DNA of 35,846 nt from contig NC_068989.1 in the NCBI RefSeq assembly GCF_001194135.2, positions 74,432,013-74,467,858 on the forward strand. The letters run 5' to 3'. The DNA comes from Octopus bimaculoides. Its lineage: Eukaryota. The notes under the pieces were generated by a model. It was not told the DNA's origin. It worked only from the letters and a program-made list of their open reading frames with translations, and made no database searches. Positions 21,900-34,199 of the stretch are shown here, piece by piece. Each line of letters begins with the position of its first letter. Positions within the stretch are counted from its first letter, which is position 1. A program made the translations under genes and the position numbers.

Positions 21900-23192
21900 T
21901 GTGCGTACGCATTAACATATTGTGCATAATGAGTATTTCGGACTCATTATAGTATCATAATTTTGAAATATCTATAAAACCATCAAAAGCCGGTTTGTTT
22001 TTATGTTTTTGATTTATGTTTGTTGCTTAATATGTTTTGCTAAAATTGTTGTTTCTTTTCAGATATCATCAGAAAAAGGTAATTAAAATTCATTAAAATG
22101 ACAGAGCTATCGGACTTTCAAAGAGGTTAAATCGTTGGTACTCATATTGTGGGCGGTAGCGTAACGAAAAAAGCCGAAATATTTGGTGTATCAAGAAGTA
22201 CTGTCTCGAAAGTAATGACAGCCTTTGAGAAAGAAAGAAAGAAAAACATTCTCGTTGAAACAAAACTCATGAAGAAAACCAAAACTTTCAGATACGGACC
22301 GTCGGACTCTTACGTGAATTGTTAGAAAAGATCACAAAAGTACAGCTCCCAAAATTACTGCAGAGCTTAATGACCACCTCGAGAACCCAGTTTCAACAAA
22401 AACTGTTCGCCGGGAGCTTCACAATGCCGGTTTTCACGCGAGGGCTGCAATCAGAAAAATACTGCTTTCAAAAACAAAAGTTGCAAAGCATTTAGAGTGG
22501 AGTGAAAACCTACAGCATTAGTCCCTAGAGCAGTGGAAGATTGTTATTTTCTCGGACGAGTCATCCTTCACCTTATTTCCGACCACCAACCGAGTATACG
22601 TGTAGATGCAGCCCAAAAAAGCATTTGACCCAGACTGCCTTCTTCCAACTGTTAAACATAAGGAGGATCTGTGATAATCAGGGGGGGGGGGCTATATCTT
22701 GGAAATCCGCCGGCCCGATGGTTTCCCTTCATGGCAGAATTAATAGACAAAACTGTTTAAGCATTTTATCTGATTAAATTCATCCTATGGTTGCGGAACT
22801 GTTTCCGGGGGGAAAACGCAATCTTGCAGGATGATAATGCACTAACTCACACCGCTAAAGTTGTTATTGAATGGCACGAGGAACATTTGAGTGAAGTTGA
22901 CCATCTTATCTGCCCACCACAGTCCCCAGATCTCAGTATTATTGAACATTTATGGTGCATTATAGAAAAAGAAGTAAGGAGTCGATATCCTCCAACATCA
23001 TCACAACAAGAACTGGAGACTGTTTTAGCTGAAGAATGGACTAAAATTCCTTTGGAAACAATTCAAACTTTGTACGAATCCATACCTTGTAGAATCCAAA
23101 CTTTAATTACTGCCAAAGGCTGTCCTACATCATATTAAAGTAAATTTGTTTGAAATTTTATGGTGCTTCCATTATTTTGTCCAGCCCCTGTA
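21900..23192 (+). mobile_element. Tc1-family DNA transposon: 3' TIR and TA present, 5' TIR missing
   Basis: Transposase relic 22098-23138. The right terminus is ...ggtgcttccattattttgtccagcccctg|TA (ends 23190, TA at 23191-23192). No matching left TIR was found upstream, so the start is approximate. Confidence 0.92.
22098..23138 (+). pseudogene. Disrupted Tc1 transposase with DD36E spacing
   Basis: MTELSDFQRG*IVG...FGVSRSTVSKVM (HTH), GRKPK-like linker, VIFSDESSF, ILQDDNALTHTA...PPQSPDLSIIEHLW...AKGCPTSY*. It has several stops and frameshifts. Confidence 0.9.
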
Positions 23193-23540
23193 TATATATA
23201 TATATGGGGGGAGGGTATGTGTGTGTGCGTGTATGCATATATGTACATATGTATATATGTACGTAAGTGTGTGTGTATATACACTAATGCAATATAAATA
23301 TATACACGCATATGCACGCTTGCGTATACACATATATACATGCATGTGTATATGTATATGAGGAAGTTCTTGATAAACTTACAATATTTGAAAAAAAAAC
23401 TTTCTTTCAAAATCAGGTTGCAAAATATTATTGTAATAGATTAACGCTAACCTAATGTATGCTCAAAACGCTAACCTATGCTCAAAATTTGTTTAGACAA
23501 CATTGATTTTGCAAAAAAATTTTCAGACATACATACATAT

Positions 23541-24360
<820 letters not shown>

Positions 24361-25096
24361 AGATACATACATATATGTATATATAGAAACATATACACAT
24401 ATAGTGTTGATATTATTATTGTTATTGTTGTTATTATCATTGTCATCATTACTGTTGTTTTTTTTTCTAATATTGATTGTATTACTTACAGCACAATGAC
24501 AATTGTAAATATTACAATCTAGCCATACTAAAATGTCCTATCATTTTTTGTTTTACATGGCTTCAGTATTGTAGAAATTGTAGAAATTTCGTACTGCGCT
24601 TCCCTTTGGTGATGGTGTTGGTGGTGGCGGTGATTTTGGTTGCAGCAGTGGTTGTTATCTTAATAATGGTTGTGACATACGTAGAAACAGAGTAGTTATG
24701 TGTTTTGGAGAAATACATCGGCGAATTTAATTGCATTTGAAGAAGATTCAAAAAGAAGATCAATAATTTTACGAGTCATACATCATGCATTGCGATTCAA
24801 ATGTAATGAGATCAACAACGCTTATATTGAGAAAATGAGGTGGAAAAAACAACATATTCAACGTAGTAAAAATTATTGCAAACTAATGATCATATATGTA
24901 ACATGTGACAGAAGGGTAGATGTAGCATATGGTGAAAGGAAGTTAAAAACGGGAATGAGGATATTAATAATTGATGCAAAGACACTAAGAAAGAAATGAA
25001 ACTGAGAAAGAAGGAATTTGAAAAGAATATAAATATAGAGAGAGGCGCATATTGGACGAAGACTAAAATCAATGTGGGAGTGAAACTACATTTAGC

Positions 25097-25195
25097 GCGT
25101 GTGTGTGTGTGTGTGCACATGCGTGTGTGTGTGTGCACATGCGTGTGTGTGTGTGCACATGCGTGTGTGTGTGTGCACATGCGTGTGTGTGTGTG
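25097..25195. repeat. 20-bp minisatellite (GCGTGTGTGTGTGTGCACAT)n, about 4.7 copies
   Basis: Perfect units at 25121-25140, 25141-25160 and 25161-25180. Confidence 0.95.
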
Positions 25196-25818
25196 GGTTG
25201 GTGTGGGTGGGTGGTTGTTGGTATGTATAATGAGCAACAAATATAAGGAACAGACAAACAGAGCGAAAGAAAGATTGATACAGAGAATGGTTAATGAATG
25301 TAAAGAAAATACAAACAAGATGGGTTATTTCCAAATAAAAGTAAGTTAGAATTTTAAAAGAAAGAAGATTCAATGGAACCAATAGATAAAAGGAACTGAT
25401 TGTGTTATTGATTGGTTTCTCTTTCGTTTCAACGAATACAATGTTAAACGAAAAGAATCAGGTATCATATATTATATATAACTATTCCTATCCGTTACTA
25501 AGGAAATTAACGCGTTCGACAAGATTCAAGTGGCCATTTGCAATATCGCTTGCTTCTTTATTGTTGTTTTATCCCTGTTTGACTTTGCTTCTACCAGAGT
25601 TTGATGTTTCTTTGTTTGATGTTTCCTTGTCTGTCTCTCATTCACACAACCCGGAGCCAATATCTTTTATCTTAATTGTTTGTGTCTTGCTTATTCATAT
25701 ATATAAATGCATCCATCTATATTTACATATATAATACATACAACCATGCATGCACATACATAGGATGGATTGCAAGGTTAAATGAGCACACAGATAATTC
25801 TATACAAGCCCGCAAACA

Positions 25819-25842
25819 TACATACATACATACATACATACA

Positions 25843-25870
<28 letters not shown>
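25819..25870. repeat. (CATA)n microsatellite
   Basis: Directly visible. Confidence 0.97.
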
Positions 25871-25878
<8 letters not shown>

Positions 25879-25899
25879 TATATGCAGGTGCATGTGTAA

Positions 25900-26000
25900 A
25901 TTTGTGCGCCTCTGTCTTTTTATTTGTCCCCCACCACTGCCTGATAGCCGGTGTCGGTTTGTTTACGTCTCCGTAAATTTGCGGTTCGCCAAAGATAATG
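25900..26000 (+). mobile_element. Fragment of the SINE 3' half
   Basis: tttgtcccccaccactgcctgatagccggtgtcggtttgtttacgtctccgtaaatttgcggttcgccaaag is similar to 24140-24240. Confidence 0.65.
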
Positions 26001-26924
26001 TTTGAGGTCAATTTTTTTTNNNNNNNNNNNNNNNNNNNNNNNNNNNNNNNNNNNNNNNNNNNNNNNNNNNNNNNNNNNNNNNNNNNNNNNNNNNNNNNNN
26101 NNNNNNNNNNNNNNNNNNNNNNNNNNNNNNNNNNNNNNNNNNNNNNNNNNNNNNNNNNNNNNNNNNNNNNNNNNNNNNNNNNNNNNNNNNNNNNNNNNNN
26201 NNNNNNNNNNNNNNNNNNNNNNNNNNNNNNNNNNNNNNNNGGGGGGGGTTCTTGGCAAAAGAAACTCATGAGTAAAGTCTCTAATAAATACCCTCCGGAA
26301 CAGATATACGTTTTGTTGTCCACTTACTGGATTCCAAATTTTATGTAACCTACAATACTTTCCATTTCCTTTTCCATTTTTCTGTATATATTTATATAAC
26401 TGCCCATCACGTTTACTGTGTTTGTTTCTATATAATTATGTAAATACGAAACCAATGTTTTGATTGTACTAACTCGACATGGAACAAGGCTTCAAATTTA
26501 GCTGCATATTTCTTTCAATGTAATATACTTCTTCGCATTTCTGTATATTTTTTATGATTTTATTAATGAAATCAGACGACACAAAAATATAGAATGCAAC
26601 TAGTAGCAAACGTCAACTAAATACAAATCAACGTAATTATCTCAGTGTGAAAGGAACACTTCGTTCAAATACAAAACTGTATAATGGTGTATAATACCTT
26701 ACAATTACTCGTACTACTATTTTTGTAGACCATTTTCTTGAACAATTTTTGTGGAGTCAAATTTGAAAACACAACTTTCACAATGCGAATTCAGCGCCAA
26801 GTACAAGTAATTATGCCCCCAGAGTAACGACAAGCGAGGACTTCAGTCTTTATTAAACTTCTTAATTAAATGATTAATTGGAAACATCTTGTAATTACAA
26901 ACATACATAATGCGNNNNNNNNNN

Positions 26925-27085
26925 CTCTTTCTCCGTTCTTCCATTCTCCGAACTTTCCATCTTTCCGACGAAGGGCTACGCCCGAAACGTCATACACTCT
27001 CTCTTTCCTTTCCTGAGCGTCCAATAATACTATCCATATCACGTCCTCACTTTGTTGTGTTTTTGTTTTTTAGTTATTGTGTTTT
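26925..27085 (+). mobile_element. Short hammerhead-bearing repeat, diverged homologue of 16936-17160
   Basis: Aligns by eye to the reverse complement of ~16975-17140. Confidence 0.7.
26965..26992 (+). ncRNA. Minimal hammerhead motif with U4C core change
   Basis: CCGACGA A GGGC UAC GCCC GAAA CG UC A. Stem II is intact, stem III is palindromic ACGU, the triplet is GUC, and stem I is poor. Confidence 0.6.
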
Positions 27086-27090
27086 TGAAC

Positions 27091-27122
<32 letters not shown>

Positions 27123-27338
27123 CACATAGATAAATACGGATGCACATATACTCCTCTACACATAAGTATAAATGTTCACAGTACACACACATTCACACAC
27201 ACACTTACATATATACACGTTCATACATATGTTTTCAAATATATGTAATATATGCATATGTACATGCGTATAAATAGAAACATTGTCATTTCCAAATCTC
27301 TTAACGAGAGACATTCAGTTACAGTATTCTAAAGTAAA

Positions 27339-27765
27339 GGTTATTTGGCTACATAATGTGGCAGACCCGATTGGAACGAATATTACTGTTATTTAGCCCA
27401 GGAACCAGCGTTTCCAGCTGGCTATGCGACACAATACCTATGTCCTTATATTTTCGAACAGGGGTGTCTAGCATACCCACTTAGCACAAAGCAATGTCTG
27501 TGGAGTTCGGTTTCTGGGTTATTTCTCTTCCTCGACACAGAATAACGGCTCGGCTAGAGATGGCGCGGCTAAACGCCTGTTCGAAAATATACGATTTTCA
27601 AAGTGACACATAGATACTTGTTCGAAGATATAAGGACTCCTCTGTTCAAAACTATAAGGACGCAGATAATGTGTCGTACAGGCAGCTGGAGACGATGATT
27701 CCTGGGGCTAAATAACAGTAACATTCGTCCCAGCCGGGACTTCGACATTACGTTGGCAAATAATC
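27339..27765. mobile_element. Long-TIR MITE (~430 bp), possibly Kolobok-type
   Basis: Inverted repeats of ~130 bp at 27339-27468 and 27635-27765 (about 79% identical by hand count). The flanks are TAAA (27335-27338) and TTAA (27766-27769), and the termini are GG/GA. Subterminal ~21-bp tccttatattttcgaacagg-like motifs are present. Confidence 0.8.
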
Positions 27766-27775
27766 TTAACATGCG

Positions 27776-27806
<31 letters not shown>

Positions 27807-27813
27807 GCACACG

Positions 27814-27859
<46 letters not shown>

Positions 27860-29930
27860 NNNNNNNNNNNNNNNNNNNNNNNNNNNNNNNNNNNNNNNNN
27901 NNNNNNNNNNNNNNNNNNNNNNNNNNNNNNNNNNNNNNNNNNNNNNNNNNNNNNNNNNNNNNNNNNNNNNNNNNNNNNNNNNNNNNNNNNNNNNNNNNNN
28001 NNNNNNNNNNNNNNNNNNNNNNNNNNNNNNNNNNNNNNNNNNNNNNNNNNNNNNNNNNNNNNNNNNNNNNNNNNNNNNNNNNNNNNNNNNNNNNNNNNNN
28101 NNNNNNNNNNNNNNNNNNNNNNNNNNNNNNNNNNNNNNNNNNNNNNNNNNNNNNNNNNNNNNNNNNNNNNNNNNNNNNNNNNNNNNNNNNNNNNNNNNNN
28201 NNNNNNNNNNNNNNNNNNNNNNTATATATATATATATATATATATCGAAAGCGTATATTGTTGTTAAATACTCGAAATACGAGACTGGAAAGACAGCCAA
28301 TAACCGACGAAGGATCGTTCTTTATGTTGTTTGTTTTGTTTACCATTCGTGTCTTTCGTTGTTCGAAAGAATAATTCATGTTCCATGTACTCGTGCTTCG
28401 TATTGTTTTGTTGTACACGTTTCGTGACGTCCTATGCCTTTCTCTTACCTTCCGCTCTGATTTGTTTCTGGCTTGGACCATCAGCCCGTACATATTTATT
28501 TTCAACGTCCTTAACAACAACTGACATAGAACTATCTATCACTCTCTCATTCACGAACACACCCCCTCTTGCTTCACTCGCTTCTCCGTCACACACTCGC
28601 ATCTATCAAAGTGGGCCCCTCCTACTACTCCCTCTGATCTCACATTCTCACTATGGTTATTTGCCATCATTATCTATTTTGTCTACCTCAGAGTTCTGTT
28701 GACCCTGTTCAGTGTTACAAAGAATAGCAAACAGTAGAAGAGATTCTTTAGACTTGCCGAACGTATATTAACTTCTTTAATGTTGGTAATACGATGATTA
28801 CACGCAGTTTACTCTATAATATGGTTAGCGTTTGAAGAATATTTCTCTTTAAAGTGCATACAAGATACAAATGGAACCCGACCAATCTAGAATGGCAGTT
28901 ATTTCGAATTAGAAGAGATTTAGAGTGAGACTGACACATTCAGCTTTGGCAAACATTGCGTCTTTCCGGGAAAAAGATCTTACATACTTAGATACATGCA
29001 TACATACACGTATGTATTCATACATAGACATACATTCATTATATATGCATATAGAAAAACACACATTATATATATACACACAAATGTTTTATTTATGTGT
29101 AAAAACAAAATATTTGATTGAATAAAGAACTGAATACGTGACGTAGATTTAAATATATATTTTCTTTAAAACGTGACATTGACTTCAAAATAGAGGTATT
29201 TTTCATATATAAATATACTCGAAGAATGAATGGTGGAATCAATAGTTGCAATAGGTAAAGTAGCTGTGAAGAATACGAAACGACAACTAAAAATAGCCAA
29301 AATGTGTTCGTTCTCAATGCATACTAAATGGAATGAAATATAATGAAAGGAAAATATATATGAAATAAAATAGGCCGAAAACTTTGTGCAAATATTGGGA
29401 AAATTTTATGCACATAAAATTTAATGAATACTCTTAACTATTTAGGAAGTTACGAAATTGTTTCACTGAATATTGACACTCTAAATTTCGAACTCTAGCA
29501 TAACTTTATAGAAGAACACAAGATTATCTCTCATCTTTCCACCAACGTCAGCACCTTTTGGACTCAACCTCGCTCCCATTCGTGAATATATATATGCTTA
29601 GAACATTTTTTTTAAATAAATAAATAAAATAATAAATAAACAGCTCAATTTTCAAGAGTTTCGAAAACACCCCATTCACCAATGTCTGGAAAAATAAAAA
29701 AACCTTATAGCAATTCAATCTTCTACAAAATCTTCGTCGTTCCCAACATTTTCATCGTCGGCTTAATTTGTAGCTTACACAATACTTGAAGGTTAATGGT
29801 GTGTACCAGTAATTGATCTCTGTCATCAACTGAATCCTGAATGAAGTAGGTTTGTAACCGTGTTATTATTTGCACTATACATAATTTCGACCTTGTTTTC
29901 TGCAAAGAATTTATTGATTTCCTATCAATA

Positions 29931-30066
29931 GGCGCAGCCATAAGAAGTTTGCTTCTTAACCACATGGTTCCGGGTACAGTTTCACTGGGTGGCATCTTGG
30001 GCAGGTTTTTTCTACTATAGCCTCGGGTCGACCACAGCCTTTTGAAACTGGAACAAGTCTGTCGTA
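29931..30066 (+). mobile_element. 5' half of a tRNA-derived SINE (same family as 23541)
   Basis: aagaagtttgcttc..accacatggttccggg..catcttgggcagg..ctactatagcctcgggtcgacc, followed by (CA)n. Confidence 0.8.
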
Positions 30067-30229
30067 TATACATGCACACACACACACACACGCACACGCA
30101 CACACACACACACACACACACNNNNNNNNNNNNNNNNNNNNNNNNNNNNATATATACATATATATATCTATAAAGAATAATAAGAAGAAATGAAAATCTT
30201 TGTTGCTCTATATGAGCAAGAGAGAACAA

Positions 30230-30907
30230 AAATCGAAGCGAATGACAGATTTTCGTAGGTCAAGTTCCTCTATCGTTGCAATACAAAATGCATCTTTGGT
30301 GTTACAAGGACTTTTGTTGGTCTCTCGCTCAACTGCACCACGCGAATAATAATCAAGTGGGCTGCAGTCTGTGGAGTTAGGAGTGATGCGCTCGAAGAAA
30401 TTGTTTGACAGCTATGACTGGACTCTCCTTCATGTATGACATGGTCCAGAGTCCTGTTGCCAGACAAAGGGTCTCCCAGTATCCACCCTTTTGACCCAGA
30501 GCAGCACTACCTATTCCAGGCACTTGATGAAGGCCTCCGTGTTGAGTCTGGAGCTGTGTGAGAGGTTGAATAGAGGCATAACGTCGCAATCACTAGTAAT
30601 GACTCCAAACACCATGATGTTGACTGGATGTTTCATTTTTATCACTCTCGGTACATGCGCTATCCTCATATTGTCATCCAAGCACTCTGAAATGTTCTTA
30701 CTGGAGCTTCCGACGTGAATGTCAAGCAATACAGCATGTCATTTCTAAATTTATGACAGAGGGAATTGCGTCATAGTGCTGTTTTTCTCACAGACGGTGC
30801 CCAACTAATCCTACTATACTGTGTGGTCAGCAAAATCAAAAACAAGCAATGCGCATGCGCGAAATTGATTACATAAAATCGTAACAATCTACCCATCGTA
30901 CCTTGTA
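30230..30907 (-). mobile_element. Internally deleted maT/DD37D-like (Tc1/mariner superfamily) element
   Basis: The terminus TA|caaggtacgatgggtagattg lies at 30905. The short N-terminus MTQFPLS...HAVLLDIHVGSSSKNISECL jumps to VPRVIKMKHPVNIMVFGVITSDCDVMP...FVWQQDSGPCHT...SPLDYY...AVERETNK. The 3' TIR was not found. Confidence 0.85.
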
Positions 30908-30924
30908 TATATGTGTGTGTATAA

Positions 30925-30976
<52 letters not shown>

Positions 30977-33404
30977 CTGTGTGTGTGTTTGTGTGTGTGC
31001 ATATATATATATTTATATACATATATATAACAGTGATTCATAGTGAATGGTAATGCGTATCCTACTTCAGTAACACTATATTTTGCAGCTCATTCTTTGT
31101 GTATGCTCTATGCTCTTTAACACAAAATTCTAATGCAGTTATACGAAGAAATAATTCAAAGTCACGATCACCAGCCGCAACTTTTCGTCAAATATTATGG
31201 ACGTTGTCTTACGGCAAAACTCCAGACAACTCATCAATCATTTCTTTCGCTTTGTGGTCCGTCGATATTATGGCTTTCGTTATGTGCTTGAATGAAGAAT
31301 TACCTATGTAACCATTCAGACTTGGGAAGTTCTCTGTATATCAATGAAGTATATTCGTTACTAATATCTTTTTCAATTCGTTTCTGAAAATCAGTTCCCA
31401 TGCTATCAATCATTACCTTTTTCGCTCCCTGTCTTATACTTTGAATAATTTCTATCACTTCACAAATACTTCGCAAATTACTGATCTTTGAATGCATGAT
31501 ATGGAGCATAATTCCTTTTCATTGATTTATTGAACTTCCTTAGTTCACATACATGAAATTCGCATAATTTCTTGCTATAGTACTACTATGCAACCGAAGG
31601 AAGAATTAATGATCACTGTAAGGATTTTAGTTAGGGTAATACATGAAGGATTGTAAAGCTATATTATAACTTTTGTAGTATGCTGCTATATTTTTTAAGC
31701 TGAAACTTCTGTAAGACCATTTTATTTCCGTACATACCTCAGACAGAAATAACACACTCTGACATTCTGTCATTAATTAGTAACTTAAAATTTTTTTCTT
31801 CTATTTTTAATTCTACTTGAAGTCGCATGCAGTTGGCCATGTTTATATAGAGTCCATCGAAAATATACATTAACTTTATCAAATACTTTCATAATATTCA
31901 AAGAAAAAAAAGGCATAAATGGGGAAGTGCATCCCTTTTCAAAGTAAATGATCATGTAGTGTCAGTTGGAACTTGATCCATTCTTGATATCAAAGCATTA
32001 AATACACTTTTTCTGCAGTGAGTGCAGTGTCCGAGGTGGTAGGTATACCAGACACGAGTAGATCTTTCTTAGAACTAATGTTATGCATGGGAATTATAAT
32101 TGAACGAAATGTTAGCTTTAACACCTGCTGCTCGTTTGAATTTCTGTGTTAAACAAATAGGTTTTTGTCGTAGAATTTTGAACATCATTGTGTAAACAGA
32201 GTCGTAATTAAATCGACAAAATACATTCGCGTAAATTGTTTTCAATCTTCTCCTAGTGGATGCATATTAGATGTGAGACGATGAAGTTATCTATATCCTC
32301 AAACACAAAAGGAGTTTCAGCCACGTGCTTCAGCTATTTGGGACCTCATTGAAGCAAACAGAAGTGTCAGGTTAAGATCTAAAGTCAATCTATATTCCGA
32401 TAACATTGCCATTTTACATTCATGGTAGCAATTATTTTATAAAATATTGTTGAGATTCTCAGATGGAAATTGTTTTGCGTTAGATTCTCGAAAGGAAAGA
32501 GGTCCAGTGCTTGTTTCAGAAGATGTTAAATTATTTATGTAACGTACGTTGCTATATCGTGTTTACCTCACGTTCTCAGTATATGTAGCATATCGTTCGA
32601 TATATTTATCACTTTCTGCTCCATTTTATATTCTCTGCGCTCGCATAAATATCTTTGTTCTGGAATTACAAAATCGAAGCGTGCTGCAGCAATTTTCCTC
32701 ATGCAGTCTGTTCTTTTTCATTTGACTTTCTAGTTTTGTGTTCTAATCTTATACTAGTTCTTTGTATTTGATCCTAAGTTCTTTGATTTCGTTGCCTTTG
32801 ACTCTCATTAGCATTTCTTACTGTCATCTTATGCCTAAGATTTTACACATCTTTATACTTTGCTGGTTCCTTTTGCATTCTAATTGTAGCCATGCCTTGC
32901 ATAAACTTTTGGATTTTTTTCTTTCTTTCCTTATTTCTTTCATTCTTTCTTTCTTAACAGTTGTCTCTTATATTGTCATGTGTCTCTATCCTGCTCTTTT
33001 CTCCTCTGAGCTTTCTAAGGTATTTCATGAGATCGTCAAAGATGATAACTTTCAACATCCCGAGCTTGTCTTGCTGAACTTTCTTCTGTAATCTGACTTG
33101 ATCGATATCATCTAATGCACTGTACACTTTTTCCGAATTTTCTGCAACTTATTCGTTTCTTGGTTGAATACATAGCAACATTTTACATATTCATTTTATG
33201 CATCAGCTTGTTTTCATTTTTTTTTTTCATATCTCTGCTTGTTCTCATCCCATAATGGCTCAAAGCGCTTTTTTTAAAATTTTTGCTGTTGTGTCGTATA
33301 TTCATATCTTAAACTAGTTCCGTACTATATTAAACGTTAGATGTTCAATGTTTTTTGGATTAACACAACGATACATTTCTTTCTAGTTTCTTTACTATAT
33401 ATGT

Positions 33405-33636
33405 GGAGGCGCATGGCTTAGAGGTTATGGTATTGGGCTCATGATTGTAATATTGCTGTTTCGACTCCCGGACCGGGTGACGCAATGTGCTCTTGAGTAA
33501 AACACTTCATATCACGTTGGTCCAGTTCACTCAGCTGGAAAAATTAGTAATCCTGCATCAGACCGGCGTCCCGTCCAGGTGGGGAATTTATACGCCATGA
33601 AAACCGGCCCTTATGAGTCAGTATGTCTCAACAAGA
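33405..33636 (+). mobile_element. tRNA-derived SINE, different family
   Basis: Box A TGGCTTAGAGG, box B GTTTCGACTCC, and body tgtgctcttgagtaaaacactt..cactcagctgg..gaccggcgtcccgtccaggtgggg..aaaccggcccttatgagtc. Confidence 0.85.
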
Positions 33637-33984
33637 TAATTGTACCTATTTTCAAATTTACTGTAAAGGAAGTGAATAAGGATCCATATACCTCCCAGAA
33701 ATACCAAACAAATCACCAGCATCTCAATGTATTTCAGAAAGATCTCCCTACTCCAACGAGAAACGGTGTTCTAATACATGACTTAAAAGTTCTACACAAG
33801 GCAGTGTTATTAAGTTAGACAGGTCTTGATGCAATAATGGGGAAAACATATAAGTTTAAGTTCCATGCACCTATAATTAATCACCAACTACTATTTTAAT
33901 TTTGCATACGTTTATTTACGTACATTTAACATTTATTTACTTACATTTACATATACACACATACATATGTATGTATTTATGTAT

Positions 33985-34073
33985 ATATAGTTCAAATTTA
34001 CAGAAAACAGAAGACGAAGTCTAGTGACAGAACAACAAGCTGGGGTACTAATCAGACGTTTGGAGCCTATGGT

Positions 34074-34075
<2 letters not shown>
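33985..34075 (-). mobile_element. Truncated PLE terminal repeat-like fragment with half of a hammerhead
   Basis: Minus strand gaccataggctc-CAAACGUC-ugauu (GAAA mutated). The CUGANGA side is lost in (TA)n and the gap. Confidence 0.35.
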
Positions 34076-34109
<34 letters not shown>

Positions 34110-34152
34110 NNNNNNNNNNNNNNNNNNNNNNNNNNNNNNNNNNNNNNNNNNN

Positions 34153-34198
<46 letters not shown>

Positions 34199-34199
34199 T

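Noticed and set aside
22046-22085. Strong acceptor (tttcttttcag) followed 16 nt later by a donor (AAG|gtaatt) in the Tc1 5' region; also CUGAUGA on the minus strand at ~22066-22072
   Set aside because: There is no supporting exon context. The CUGAUGA-UAUCU-GAAA spacing leaves no stem II, so it is not a hammerhead.
23443-23486. Repeated ctaaccta motif suggesting telomeric or Helentron-type repeats
   Set aside because: Only an imperfect two-copy ~22-bp duplication, with no array or element termini.
25097-25195. Regularly spaced repeats here and at 2301-2456 and 24173-24218 considered as a CRISPR-like array
   Set aside because: They are tandem units without unique spacers, in a eukaryotic context with no cas genes.
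28290-28325. CCGACGAAGG with an upstream GAAA, resembling a permuted hammerhead
   Set aside because: No stem II or stem III pairing and no NUH site could be built. The 28240-28700 region is probably a repeat, but I cannot classify it.
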